This document shows positions 51,182-63,131 of a stretch of DNA of 64,000 nt, in pieces. The position numbers and the translations under genes are program-made. The stretch is from Elusimicrobiota bacterium. Lineage in GTDB: Bacteria > Elusimicrobiota > Elusimicrobia > UBA1565. Under the pieces are notes generated by a model, which worked only from the letters and a program-made list of their open reading frames with translations, was not told the DNA's origin and did no database searches. Within the stretch, counting starts at the first letter, position 1, and each line of letters opens with the position of its first letter. The stretch is taken from NCBI GenBank assembly GCA_043827405.1, contig JBDRPD010000039.1:103830-167829 (forward strand), given 5' to 3'.

Positions 51182-52156
51182 TCAGCGGATCCGGATCTTC
51201 AGGACCGCCTCGGTCCACTCGCCCGGCTTGGCCTTTTTCTTCTTGACCGAGATGTCGCGGGTGAGGATGCCGGGATCGTCGACGCCGGCGAAGGGCGCGT
51301 CCTCGCTGAAGCTCTTCATGGCGTCTTTGAGATCCACCGACGGATGGCGGGAGGCGATGGCCCGCACGAGCTCGACGCCCTGGGGTCCGCCGACCTCGAA
51401 CTCGAAGCCGGCGTCGCGGTCCGGTATGGTGTAGGTGACTCCTTTCTTGACCCAGTTGCTCGGCGAGTAGTTGTTGGGAAAGATGATGGTGGCCGAGCCG
51501 CTGGTTCCGACGTCGATTAAAGTCAGGTAGCAGTCCTGGTCGGCGCTGACGTGGAACTGCATGCTCTCGCCGATCTTGTACTCGTTCTTCGCGCTCCACA
51601 GCATGAGCCGGATGAGGCCTCCTTGCCCTTCGGCCTCCGCCTTCATTCCAACGGCCTTCTCATGCAGCGCCTTGAGATCGTCCTGGGTTTTGATCGCGGC
51701 GGACGCCACGCCCTTGATCTCTCCGGTCTCGGTGTCGATGAGGGAAACCTGCCAGGAGATTTCATCATCCCGCACGACGTATTTGCCGACGAACAGCACG
51801 TCCATGCCGACGAGCTTTCCCGCCTGGGCGGCGGTCTCCTCATCGACGAGCCCCTGCATGCCGAGCTTCCATTCGTCGACCAGGGTCTGGGTATTGCTGC
51901 GGTCGAGCAGCTGAAACTTGTACGCCTTGGCCTGCCCCGCCAGCGACGATTCGAGCTCCTGCGCCAGCAGCGTGGAGAGCGCGGTCAGCCGGCCTTGCGG
52001 GTCCTTGAGGCTGCCGACAGCGACTTTCTGCTCCTTGAGCAGGCCCTGGTCCAGGATGTTCTTGACGATCTGCGCCGCGGCGCGCTCCACCGTTTTCGCT
52101 TGGACGGGCAGCGCGACGGCGGTGAGCAGGGCGCCGGCTAGAATATTCTTGAGCAT
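51182..52156 (-). CDS. Exported FlgO/CsgG-like plus DUF4384-like domain protein
   Basis: Signal peptide, LLDRS...AGKLVGMDVLFVG, YKIGE...DCYLTLIDV...IIFPN...GVELVRAIAS. Confidence 0.75.
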   Translation of the reverse strand: MLKNILAGALLTAVALPVQAKTVERAAAQIVKNILDQGLLKEQKVAVGSLKDPQGRLTALSTLLAQELESSLAGQAKAYKFQLLDRSNTQTLVDEWKLGMQGLVDEETAAQAGKLVGMDVLFVGKYVVRDDEISWQVSLIDTETGEIKGVASAAIKTQDDLKALHEKAVGMKAEAEGQGGLIRLMLWSAKNEYKIGESMQFHVSADQDCYLTLIDVGTSGSATIIFPNNYSPSNWVKKGVTYTIPDRDAGFEFEVGGPQGVELVRAIASRHPSVDLKDAMKSFSEDAPFAGVDDPGILTRDISVKKKKAKPGEWTEAVLKIRIR

Positions 52157-52177
52157 ATTTGTGTCCCCCACGAAATA

Positions 52178-54184
52178 TTAGCGGATTTCGGCTTTGAATT
52201 CGACGCTGCCGAGGCTCTGCGCCCGGATGCCGGCTTCGATGCGGTAGACGTCGAGCTTCGCGGCATACGTTCCCGGCGCTATGTCGCGTCGTGTGCGGGC
52301 GACGAATGTTTCGCGAATCCGGCCCGCCGCGGCCGGGCGGTCATTGGCCCAGGGCCAGATAACGTCGCTGCGCAGCGCTTCGCTGCGGTAAACCGGCTCA
52401 TAGACAAGCTCGCCCGCGGGCGAGCGCAGGCTCGGCAGGTAGGCGAAAAAGCCCCTGGCGGGCGCCTCACCTTCCCACTCCAGCACCGCGCGCAGCAGGC
52501 CGGGGCGGGCCGAGAACTCGGCCCCGACCAGCTTAAGTCCCGGCAGCTCGGCGAGCGGAGCGCCGCCGTGCGGCGGCAGCTTCTCCACGGCGCTCAGCGC
52601 GACTTCCTGGCGCAGGGAAGGTTCGTCCGCGCAGCCGTCGCTGGGCCGCAGCGGCCGGCGGCTCGCTTCCCCTTCGGGGGGCAGCAGCCGCAGCGCGCGG
52701 GCGCAGCGGTAGCCCTCTGCGGGACGGTAGCTCACCAGGTTGATCCTGTCCAGCGGCAGCCAGAAAAAGAAATCGCGCGGCCATGAAGAGAGATCGGCCT
52801 GGAAGAATCCGCCGCGGTCCGTCGGCAGCAGATGGTTGTCGCCGAGCTCGGTCGGTTCATGCAGGAGGTTTTTGACGCTGAGCCGCACGTCGTGCATGAG
52901 CTTGAAGCCCGGCGCGCGCCGAAACGAGCGCGGCGCGCCCACCAGGAAGATGTTGTCCAGCGGCGAAGAGAGGCGGCCGGCTTCCCGCAAGTAGCGCCGG
53001 TGGTGGGCGGCGGAGAGCATCCATTCGCTGCCCTCGTGCACGTTGCCGACGACGGCGTTGGCGAACAGCAGGACTCCCAGAACCAGAATCGGCCGCCGCG
53101 CTTTCTCCCAGCGGCGGTACGCCGCGCTCAGCAATACGGTCCACAGCAGCGCCCAGCCGAATGACGGCAGGTAGCCGTGCCGCGGGCTGAGGAAGTTGAA
53201 AAAGTTCGGGACATAAGCGAGGAAGAACCAGGCCGCGCCGAAGGCCGCCGTCCGCCGCCATTCGCGCGCGGAGAAGAAGCCGCTGCGCTCGGTCTTCTCC
53301 ACCGCCGCCGCCGCCGCGATCCTGCGGGCGGCGAAAATGCCGAGCGCGAGCGCGGCCAGGACCAAGAGTGCGATCAGGCTCCAATGCGGCAGGGCGCCCC
53401 AGCTGGGCTGCTGGAAGGTCCCGGTCATGGCGGAGCGGAGGGCATCGTAGATGCGCCGGGGGACCTGTCCCGGATGGACTAAAGGACGTCCGCCCGCGGC
53501 ATGGGCCGAGAAGTAGCGCAGCGCCAGATGGATCAGGTTGAGGCAGACGAAATACGCGGCGGCCGCCGCTGCCGGCAGCTTTCTGTCCCCGGGGCGTGCC
53601 TCGTGAAAGTAGGCGGCGGCGATGAGCAGCGGCCACAGCACGCAGACCTGGTCATAGGTGAAAAACGCGGCCGTATAGACGGCCAGCGCCGGAATCAGCC
53701 GTCCCGTGAGCGAGCCCCGCCGCCGCAGCGCCAGGATGAAGGCGGTGAGAACCATGGTCGTGGACATGAGGGTGGCGGGGATGTGATAAGCCCAGAAGTG
53801 AGTCTCGCCGTGATTGGTCATCAAGGCGAAGATCAGCGCCGCGGGCAAAGCGAGCGAGGCCAGGCCGGTGAGGGAATAGGCCAGGAGAAAGGCCGCGCCG
53901 ACGTTGGCGGCGTCAACGGCCAGGCTGATGAGATGGATGCCGGCGATCGAGCCGCCCGATAGCTTGAGTATCGCGAGCAGCAGCGGGATATGAAGGAAGC
54001 GTCCCGGCACGTAGTGCTGGAAGTACCACCAGAGCTGCTTGCCGGTTGCGTTCTGCAGCTCGAGGACCAGACCGAAATCATCCAGGTAGAGCCCGCAAAA
54101 CGGCACGGTCAGGCCAAAGACCGCGAGAAAAATCAGGATCGCGGTCCATGCTAATTTGGCATTCGGAGCAAGCTTCTTCAGCAC
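52178..54184 (-). CDS. Polytopic membrane protein, GT-C glycosyltransferase-like
   Basis: YLDD motif after TM1, PGRFL, many TM segments, soluble C-terminus. GTG start inferred 7 nt after TATAAT. Confidence 0.6.
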   Translation of the reverse strand: MLKKLAPNAKLAWTAILIFLAVFGLTVPFCGLYLDDFGLVLELQNATGKQLWWYFQHYVPGRFLHIPLLLAILKLSGGSIAGIHLISLAVDAANVGAAFLLAYSLTGLASLALPAALIFALMTNHGETHFWAYHIPATLMSTTMVLTAFILALRRRGSLTGRLIPALAVYTAAFFTYDQVCVLWPLLIAAAYFHEARPGDRKLPAAAAAAYFVCLNLIHLALRYFSAHAAGGRPLVHPGQVPRRIYDALRSAMTGTFQQPSWGALPHWSLIALLVLAALALGIFAARRIAAAAAVEKTERSGFFSAREWRRTAAFGAAWFFLAYVPNFFNFLSPRHGYLPSFGWALLWTVLLSAAYRRWEKARRPILVLGVLLFANAVVGNVHEGSEWMLSAAHHRRYLREAGRLSSPLDNIFLVGAPRSFRRAPGFKLMHDVRLSVKNLLHEPTELGDNHLLPTDRGGFFQADLSSWPRDFFFWLPLDRINLVSYRPAEGYRCARALRLLPPEGEASRRPLRPSDGCADEPSLRQEVALSAVEKLPPHGGAPLAELPGLKLVGAEFSARPGLLRAVLEWEGEAPARGFFAYLPSLRSPAGELVYEPVYRSEALRSDVIWPWANDRPAAAGRIRETFVARTRRDIAPGTYAAKLDVYRIEAGIRAQSLGSVEFKAEIR

Positions 54185-54228
54185 GAGCGTCATTATAGCG
54201 AATCGCACAAAATAGATAAGCTATTACA

Positions 54229-56142
54229 ATGGATTTGGAGTCCTTCTACACGCTCGATATCACCGAGGTATGCGGCTATCGCTGCGTCTTCTGCATCACC
54301 CGGACCAAGACGCCCAAAGCGGGCGGACGGATGACGCCGCTGTCGGCGGTCAAGGCACAGCTGCCGCATATCCGGAAAATGGGGCATAAGACGGTCTGCT
54401 TTACGGGGGGGGAACCCACGCTGCATCCCGACTTGCCCGCAATGGTGCGCGCGGCGCGCCGCGCCGGCCTCGAGGCCGTCATCAATACTCATGGCATGCG
54501 TTTCGCGGACAAACGCTATCTAGCCAGGTATGCGGGATTGGATTTTTCCTGCGTGCTGTCCATGCACTCGCATAAAGAGACTGTCTACAATAAAATAACC
54601 GGGACCAAGGGCTTTCGCCGCACCATCCAGGGCATTCGCAATCTGCTTAATGCGGATATCCCGATTGTCTTCTCGCATGTCCTGAGCGCGCAGAACTACG
54701 CGGATTTTCCCGGCTGGGTCGCCTATGTGCGCCGGAGCTTTCGGGGGCGCGTCTCCGCTTCGATTTTCTTCAATCAGGAAAATGACGCCGGCGGTTCCAT
54801 GGTCCGCTTCAGCCGGGTGCGTCCGCACCTGCATAAGGGGCTGCGCGGCGCCGGCTTTCCTATCACCTATTTAACCGGCTGCACCGCCAGCCACTGCCTG
54901 ATCGAGCCGAACTTCTTCGGCCGGCGGGGGAGCTTTTCGGCGGCCAACCGGCGGCGGAACCTGGCGCGGCTGCGGGCGCTGCCGCTGATCCATCAGAAGC
55001 AGCTGCTGAACTACTTCGTAGCGGAGAAGTGCTACCGCTGCGTCCGCTTCATGAAGCCCGCCTGCAAGGGCATCCGCAAAAAGTACCTGCTGCGTTTCGG
55101 CGGCGGCGAGTTCGGCTCACTGCTTAACGCCGAGGAGCGGTCCTATATCGATGCGCTGCGGCGCCGCATGCGGTCCGGCGAGCTCTCGCCGCCGATGCGC
55201 AGCAGCTCCCATATCCTGCTGGGTGCGACCGGCGCCGATTCCGCCGGCGTCGTTCCCGCGCTATGCCGCGTTCTGCTGGGCGATGCGGACCATCATGTCC
55301 GCCGCGAGGCCGCCTTGGCGCTGGGCGGCCTGGGCAGCGCCGCGCGCGGGGCCGTGCCGGCGCTGCGGCGGGCGCTGCGCGACACCGACGCGCTGATTCG
55401 GCAGAGCGCGGTGCATGCGCTGTCGCGGCTGGAGCCGCCGCCGCGGGAAGCGATCGGCGCGCTGCTGCGCGCGCTGCGTGACGCGGATACGGAGGTCCGC
55501 CGCTACGGCGCCTTGGCATTGGCGAAGTATGAGCGGCTGCCGCGCAAGGCGGTGCGTCCGTTGACGGCGCTGCTCCGGTCCGCCGACGCGCAGACCCGGA
55601 GATACGGCGTCCTGGCGCTGACGCGAACGCCCTCCGGCGGCGGTCCGGCGCTGCTGCGGGTCTTGCGCGATCCCGATGCGCAAACCCGGGAGCATGCCGC
55701 CGTGGCATTGGCGCGCGCCCCGCGAGCGGAAAGCGCCGCGGCTTTGCTCCGCGCGTTAAGCGACGGCGAAGAAAGGGTGGGCGTCGAGGCGGCTTATGCT
55801 TTGTCGCGGCTGCCCCGGCTGCCTGTTAAGGCCGCGGCCCCGCTGATTCGAGCGCTCAGCGCGCGGTCCCCGCGCCTGCGGGCGAACGCGGCGCTGGCGC
55901 TGGCCAAGGTGCGGCCCCTGCCGCGCCGGGCGGCGGCGGCGCTGACGCAGGCGCTGGCCGACAGCGAGGCCGAGGTCCGCCGCGAGGCGGTCTCGGCTTT
56001 GGTCGCGCTCAAGCCTGTTCCCCGGGCGTCTGTTTCGGCCTTGGCCCGGGCGCTGGATGATCCGGATGCGCATGTCCGGCGGGAAGCGGCCCGGGCGCTG
56101 GAAAAAAAGCCGCGCGGCCCCGGCCCCGGCTTGTCAGCATGA
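54229..56142 (+). CDS. Radical SAM enzyme fused to HEAT (PBS-lyase-like) repeats
   Basis: CGYRCVFC, TGGEPTL, extra Cys cluster CYRC-x7-CKG, about 9 repeats of L.D.D..VR..A..AL. Confidence 0.85.
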   Translation: MDLESFYTLDITEVCGYRCVFCITRTKTPKAGGRMTPLSAVKAQLPHIRKMGHKTVCFTGGEPTLHPDLPAMVRAARRAGLEAVINTHGMRFADKRYLARYAGLDFSCVLSMHSHKETVYNKITGTKGFRRTIQGIRNLLNADIPIVFSHVLSAQNYADFPGWVAYVRRSFRGRVSASIFFNQENDAGGSMVRFSRVRPHLHKGLRGAGFPITYLTGCTASHCLIEPNFFGRRGSFSAANRRRNLARLRALPLIHQKQLLNYFVAEKCYRCVRFMKPACKGIRKKYLLRFGGGEFGSLLNAEERSYIDALRRRMRSGELSPPMRSSSHILLGATGADSAGVVPALCRVLLGDADHHVRREAALALGGLGSAARGAVPALRRALRDTDALIRQSAVHALSRLEPPPREAIGALLRALRDADTEVRRYGALALAKYERLPRKAVRPLTALLRSADAQTRRYGVLALTRTPSGGGPALLRVLRDPDAQTREHAAVALARAPRAESAAALLRALSDGEERVGVEAAYALSRLPRLPVKAAAPLIRALSARSPRLRANAALALAKVRPLPRRAAAALTQALADSEAEVRREAVSALVALKPVPRASVSALARALDDPDAHVRREAARALEKKPRGPGPGLSA

Positions 56143-56852
56143 TGCGCAAGGTCTATACTTGTGCGGTGACCAACCCGATACATCCGGCCGCTGCGGTCAT
56201 CGCCGTCGTTTTTCTGCTGCGCGCGTTTCCCGCCGGCGCCCATCCCCTCAATACCAGCAGCTCGCAAATTGAGGTGCGGGAAAACGATATCCAATTGGCT
56301 TTCAAGTTCCACCTGGACGATTATGCGAGGGTCTGCGGCCTCGACGCCGACGGCAGCAAGAGCCTGGAGCGCAAAGAGCTGGAGGGGGCTATCGGCCGGC
56401 TCTACGACTGCATGGAGCCGCATGTCGGCTTGTCGTTGGACGCCAAGCCGGCAAAGCTTGAGCGCATGCAGCAGACGCTGACGGCGGCGCAGCTAAAGGA
56501 GCTGCTGCCGGACGGGTCGCTGGATATCAGCCCGAACAACCGCGGGCCGGTTTATCTTCAGCTGCGCTACCGCGCGGCGTTCGAACGGCACCCGAAAGCG
56601 CTGGGGCTGGCGGTACGCTTCCATGAGTTTCTCGGGGAGGAGCATGGCCATATCGCCTATGTCAAAACGGCGATCGCGATCCAGCCGGCGGTTTTCTCGG
56701 CGCGCAATGCGCGGCATGATTTCGATCTGGACGCGGTAGAAGCGGCGCAGCTGCCTTCTTTTGACGGCGGCTCCAAGCCGGCCAAGCCGCGGCGGTCCAA
56801 TGGGAAGTCGTTGTGGGACCGCCTGCGCGGCTGGGTGTCGCCGGGCCGCTGA
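56139..56852 (+). CDS. Exported protein resembling the soluble N-terminal region of HupE/UreJ-type proteins
   Basis: Signal peptide ending AGA-HP, EF-hand-like LDADGSKSLERKE. Start may be GTG 56166. Confidence 0.55.
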   Translation: MMRKVYTCAVTNPIHPAAAVIAVVFLLRAFPAGAHPLNTSSSQIEVRENDIQLAFKFHLDDYARVCGLDADGSKSLERKELEGAIGRLYDCMEPHVGLSLDAKPAKLERMQQTLTAAQLKELLPDGSLDISPNNRGPVYLQLRYRAAFERHPKALGLAVRFHEFLGEEHGHIAYVKTAIAIQPAVFSARNARHDFDLDAVEAAQLPSFDGGSKPAKPRRSNGKSLWDRLRGWVSPGR

Positions 56853-56862
56853 CTAAGCGCCG

Positions 56863-57336
56863 CTACTTGGCCCAGTTCTCGGTCGCATTGTGGCGGGTCA
56901 GTCCGGCGGCGTCCCATTCATCATCGAAGGAGCCCGGCTTGAGGCCGAGGATGCGCAGCACCTTGTTGACCGGGCGGGTGTCGTTGCTTTCGCGCGGATC
57001 CCAGGGGGTGTCCTCGATCGAGGGCTCCAGCGTCATCTTGTTCTGCGACCAGAACGCGCTCGCCTGGTGGTCGCGGCCCTTGAGATAGTGCGCCTCGATA
57101 TAGGCGATGGCGCCGGCGCGCGAGCATTCCTGGGCCAGCTGCGCGAGTTTCTCGGACAGGTCGAGGCCCGCGAAGGCCGGCTCGTCGGAGCCGGTGATGT
57201 CGGCCTTGACCGCCGCGGTCACCGGCAGGAGGCATAGGTCGGCGGCAAGATCGACCACCTTGGCCGACGGCAGCTTAAGGGCCATATGCTCGAGCTGGGC
57301 CCGCTCCGCGACAAAGGCTTCAAGATGATGTGCCAT
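56863..57336 (-). CDS. Hypothetical protein
   Basis: 157-aa globular-looking ORF with its own extended -10 element. Confidence 0.7.
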   Translation of the reverse strand: MAHHLEAFVAERAQLEHMALKLPSAKVVDLAADLCLLPVTAAVKADITGSDEPAFAGLDLSEKLAQLAQECSRAGAIAYIEAHYLKGRDHQASAFWSQNKMTLEPSIEDTPWDPRESNDTRPVNKVLRILGLKPGSFDDEWDAAGLTRHNATENWAK

Positions 57337-57483
57337 TCGCGGAATTATGGCATGAAAATATGAAAAATGCCAGGGGGACCCAAGAACCTATATGACAGTA
57401 GGTCCAAAATCCGCCGCCTAGCTGCCCTTTTGCTCCATACGGCTGATGCCGCCTCGTTATATCATGGAGGCCGAGGTATAACC

Positions 57484-58869
57484 ATGATGCGCAAACATAC
57501 CGCGTTATTGCGAGCAGCACTATCTTTATCTCTCTCCGTATTGCCGGCCGCTCAGGCGTCGGCGCGGGTCATCTCAGCTCCGGTCGCCGCTTCCGGCGCG
57601 GCCTCCGCTGTCGGGGCGGCCGGCGCGGCGCTACAGGCTGTGCGCACATCTCAGGCCGGCATGCCGCTATTTACGCCCGTGCTGCCCTCCAACCTCACGC
57701 TCATGCCGTCCTTTCGGATTGATTCGGCGCCCTCAGTGACGGTGGACCACTCGCTTAAGGTGATGCCGATGGTCGCCGCGCCGAATCTTTCCGCAGTCAT
57801 TAACAAGCAGGCCGAAGCAAAGGGCGTTCAGGGGACCATAAATACTTTGCGCGAGACCGTCGCCGTGAAATCGCCGGGAATGAAGTCCGGCGGCAAAGTC
57901 GGACTGCGGCTCAACAGGCTCTTCGACGGCTTGGGCCAGCGCCGCCAGGGGCAGGACGGAGCCGTGCCTGCCGTGACGGGCCGCTACCTCAGGCATGCGT
58001 CCGGGCTCAGCAAGGCGGCAGCGAAAGCGACTCAGCAGGTCGAGGTCGCGGTGCCCGCCGCGGTCAAGCCGGCTTCTTCTCACGGCTTGAAGATCGCCGC
58101 CGCGGTTCTCGCCGCGGCGCTGCTCTTCGCGGCCCCCACGATCGCTTTGGCGGCCGGCGCGCCGACTGCGGTCGCCGCTTCGCTTGCCTACCTGACTGCG
58201 TATCAGCCGGTAATCACCGCGGCCGCCGCGGCCGCGGGCGTCGTTTACGGGCTGATCGCCTCACGCGGCAAGGACGGCGAGGCAATGAGTGGAGCCCAGG
58301 TTCTGGGCCAGGTTTTGCGCTTCGGCCTGCTGGCCGGCGCCGGGGCGTACGTCCTCATGGATGTCACGCAGGTCCTCTTCCTCGGCCTTAAGACCGTCGG
58401 GATCACCGCTCTTCCTGCCGCTTTGGCTACCGCGGCTCTTGGCCAGGGCGCATTCCAGGGCAAGTTCCAGGACCCGAAGACCTCGTCGGCGGACCGGATC
58501 ATGGCGGTATTCCCGGCCGTGGCCGCGGCGCTGGGACTCAGCATCGGGGTGCAGATAGCGGCCGTGCCGCAGCTGCTGGCGCTGGCGGTCGACGCCATGG
58601 CCGTTACCGGCGTCGCCTCGGCGCTCTTCGCCGCGCTGTATCAGCCGGTCAAGTCGCCGGAAAAAGGCCCGGCGAAGATGGCTCGGGGCTACGTGCTGCA
58701 GGCCCTCATGAGCGGCCTCGCTCTCGCGGTGACGAACCCGTACTACATGTACACGTTCGCGGCCCTGGCGGCCTGGGGATTTTACGACGTGATCTCCAGC
58801 GTGGCGCTCGAAGTTGAAGCGCACCTGCCGGAGTCGCTGCGGCGGCTGTGGCGCGGCAAGAAAAGCTGA
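57484..58869 (+). CDS. Multi-TM membrane protein with signal peptide and long leader
   Basis: Signal peptide, VGAAGA...LFDG leader, about 8 hydrophobic segments. GAGGT RBS before MMRKH. Confidence 0.8.
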   Translation: MMRKHTALLRAALSLSLSVLPAAQASARVISAPVAASGAASAVGAAGAALQAVRTSQAGMPLFTPVLPSNLTLMPSFRIDSAPSVTVDHSLKVMPMVAAPNLSAVINKQAEAKGVQGTINTLRETVAVKSPGMKSGGKVGLRLNRLFDGLGQRRQGQDGAVPAVTGRYLRHASGLSKAAAKATQQVEVAVPAAVKPASSHGLKIAAAVLAAALLFAAPTIALAAGAPTAVAASLAYLTAYQPVITAAAAAAGVVYGLIASRGKDGEAMSGAQVLGQVLRFGLLAGAGAYVLMDVTQVLFLGLKTVGITALPAALATAALGQGAFQGKFQDPKTSSADRIMAVFPAVAAALGLSIGVQIAAVPQLLALAVDAMAVTGVASALFAALYQPVKSPEKGPAKMARGYVLQALMSGLALAVTNPYYMYTFAALAAWGFYDVISSVALEVEAHLPESLRRLWRGKKS

Positions 58870-58888
58870 GCTGAGATTTTTCCGATAA

Positions 58889-58926
58889 AAATGAAAAGCC
58901 CTCGCTGTTGCGAGGGCTTTTCATTT
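58889..58926. terminator. Bidirectional intrinsic terminator
   Basis: 17-bp perfect arms AAATGAAAAGCCCTCGC-tgtt-GCGAGGGCTTTTCATTT. Confidence 0.88.
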
Positions 58927-58929
58927 AGC

Positions 58930-58957
58930 TGGGTGCGGGGGCGGGATTTGAACCTGC
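58930..58957 (-). repeat. Copy of tRNA-fMet 3' end (att site, T arm to CCA)
   Basis: GGGTGCGGGGGC(G/A)GGATTTGAACCTGC matches 62948-62974 with one mismatch and ends in CCA on the minus strand. Confidence 0.92.
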
Positions 58958-59004
58958 CGCCAGGCTCTAATATCGCCGGCCTGGGTCATACAATAAACTG
59001 ATGA

Positions 59005-61422
<2,418 letters not shown>

Positions 61423-61473
61423 CCGAAGGGCTGTCTAACCTTGCGCACTCAGGGGCGATTTTCAGGGTGTCTG

Positions 61474-61510
61474 GAAAGAAAATCGGACCCGCCATACTGA
61501 GCGGGTCCGA
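61474..61510 (-). terminator. Intrinsic terminator following the internal att copy
   Basis: 10-bp stem TCGGACCCGC/GCGGGTCCGA with TTTTCTTTC tail on the minus strand. Confidence 0.75.
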
Positions 61511-61516
61511 CGGTGA

Positions 61517-61529
61517 TGGGTGCGGGGGC
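61517..61529 (-). repeat. Short copy of tRNA-fMet 3' end (internal att site)
   Basis: TGGGTGCGGGGGC identical to 58930-58942; 12 nt identical to 62948-62959. Confidence 0.7.
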
Positions 61530-61728
61530 CCGAACACTACTTGTGAGAAGGCCGAATAACGCAAATAAAGCCGTTTTTGAGCGGTTCATAAGGGTTAAGC
61601 AAGCTCTAAGCGCTCCTTACGACAGCCTGCGAACCCGGAAGCGCGTATGAGCCGCCCGTCGGAGACTCTCCTGCACCGTCGCGATCTTACTTGCGTCGGG
61701 TTGTGGCCCTTCTATTAGGTTTGAGAAG

Positions 61729-62160
61729 CTACGGGCGTCGTTTCTCAATGAGCTTGCGGACGATTCGGGAAAAGGTCTCGGCTTGTTTGACGAGGTCCGC
61801 CGCTTCCTGCTTGGAGGTGACCCCAGTGCCGATGTATTCGGCCAGGTTGCGCTTGGACCTGCAGTCGTCGAAATAATCCAGCAGGGGGCGGTGCTCCTTG
61901 GGCAGCAGGCTATGAAGTGCACGGAAGACCGCCGCATGGTGTCCTTGGCCGGAGGTGCGGTAACCTTGGGCAGCAAGAAGCGCCCGGCCCGTCTGCAGGA
62001 CCGCGTTGTACGCGATCGTAAACCGCCGGTCCGCGGAGAGCCCCACCACCCGCGCATCCTTCATGTCCCGGTCCACCACTGCGAAGAGCTTTTTTAGCTC
62101 TTGGGGGGTGGTCTTATGCGGCTTAAGCCGCCCGGCCGCCAATAGTTCTTTCAAACTCAT
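61729..62160 (-). CDS. HEPN-domain protein (putative toxin)
   Basis: AYNAVLQ..ALL...GYR..GQGHH, RSKRNLAEY. Overlaps the upstream MNT gene. Confidence 0.8.
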   Translation of the reverse strand: MSLKELLAAGRLKPHKTTPQELKKLFAVVDRDMKDARVVGLSADRRFTIAYNAVLQTGRALLAAQGYRTSGQGHHAAVFRALHSLLPKEHRPLLDYFDDCRSKRNLAEYIGTGVTSKQEAADLVKQAETFSRIVRKLIEKRRP

Positions 62161-62725
62161 TCTCGGTGCCTATTATAAAAATTTTCTTATCTTGGACCAC
62201 GGTTTTGAGGAAGGAGTCCCCGCGTTTAAGGCGGGACTTCAATTCCGAGAGGTCGAAGCGCGATGTGTTGATTTCGCGATGCAGGGCTATCTTTGCCCGG
62301 GCTAAGGCCTTATGCAACGTCGGACCGGGGACCCGGCCCACGATAAAGAGGTCGACGTCGCTGGCGGGGCGTTCCGAGCCCTTGGCCACCGAGCCGTAGA
62401 TGAAGGCGAAGCGGATTCCGCGCAGTTTGTCGAGGGATTCGCGCAGCGTATCCCCCAGGCCCGAGGTTTTTAGGACCAGGCGCTTGAGTTCCGGGAACAG
62501 GCTGAACCGGGTATCGGCCTGGATGTATCGTCGGTTGCCCGATGCCTCGCTGCGCAGAAATCCCAAGCGCTCCAGGTGGTCCAATTCCCGCTTGACGGAA
62601 CTGACGTCTTCCTGGATCAGGCGCGCGACTTCCCTTAGGTAGAAACGCTCTCCGGGCCGCGTCGTAAAGAGTCCGATCAGCTTGGCCCGGGTCCGGGAGG
62701 AGAAGAGTTTTTCGAGTATCCCCAT
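62123..62725 (-). CDS. wHTH plus minimal nucleotidyltransferase (putative antitoxin)
   Basis: LFSSRTRAKL..FYLREVAR helix-turn-helix; FIYGSVAKG...SDVDLFIVG. Confidence 0.9.
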   Translation of the reverse strand: MGILEKLFSSRTRAKLIGLFTTRPGERFYLREVARLIQEDVSSVKRELDHLERLGFLRSEASGNRRYIQADTRFSLFPELKRLVLKTSGLGDTLRESLDKLRGIRFAFIYGSVAKGSERPASDVDLFIVGRVPGPTLHKALARAKIALHREINTSRFDLSELKSRLKRGDSFLKTVVQDKKIFIIGTENEFERTIGGRAA

Positions 62726-62726
62726 C

Positions 62727-62770
62727 TTGTTGACTATTATAACACGATTGTTGATGTCTTGCCAACAATC
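62727..62770 (-). promoter_or_regulatory. TA promoter with inverted-repeat operator(s)
   Basis: TGtTATAAT extended -10; GATTGTTG-N9-CAACAATC (62746-62770) and TGTT-N9-AACA over the -10. Confidence 0.65.
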
Positions 62771-62906
62771 ACCAGAATCGTTTCAAGCGCTGATTTGGAT
62801 TTGAGCAGCGGGTTGCCTGACCGTTTCGTGCCGGGTCTATAATTCATTCGGCAAAGGCAGATAACAAGGTCGCCGGTTCTAATCGGGGAGGATTAAAACC
62901 CGCGAC

Positions 62907-62936
62907 AAAAAAGGCCCGCTGGTCGCGGGCCTTTTT
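62907..62936. terminator. Terminator downstream of tRNA-fMet
   Basis: AAAAAGGCCCGC-tggtc-GCGGGCCTTTTT. Confidence 0.88.
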
Positions 62937-62949
62937 AACTTCTTCAAGG

Positions 62950-63023
62950 GTGCGGGGGCAGGATTTGAACCTGCGACCTCAAGGTTATGAGCCTTGCGAG
63001 CTACCAGGCTGCTCTACCCCGCA
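62950..63023 (-). tRNA. tRNA-Met(CAT), initiator-like
   Basis: TGCGGGG/CCCCGCA acceptor, GAGC/GCTC D stem (A11:U24), CAAGG-CTCATAA-CCTTG, GCAGG-TTCAAAT-CCTGC. Confidence 0.95.
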
Positions 63024-63029
63024 GAAATA

Positions 63030-63058
63030 GGGTAGCAGTTTCCCCTCGGAAGGTCAAG
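63030..63058 (-). promoter_or_regulatory. tRNA promoter
   Basis: TTGACC-N17-TACCCT with extended TG. Confidence 0.6.
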
Positions 63059-63131
63059 ATTCTCGTCGAGAAAGCGGTTTCGGAGGGAGGTCCGCGAGTT
63101 CGCAAGGTTAGCCGTAAAACCGGAGGCGGAC

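Noticed and set aside
54229..56142. His-Xaa-Ser or other RiPP maturase assignment for the radical SAM gene
   Set aside because: No precursor peptide or partner genes visible nearby.
61617..62057. 146-aa ORF overlapping the HEPN gene
   Set aside because: Alternative frame with no recognisable motif.
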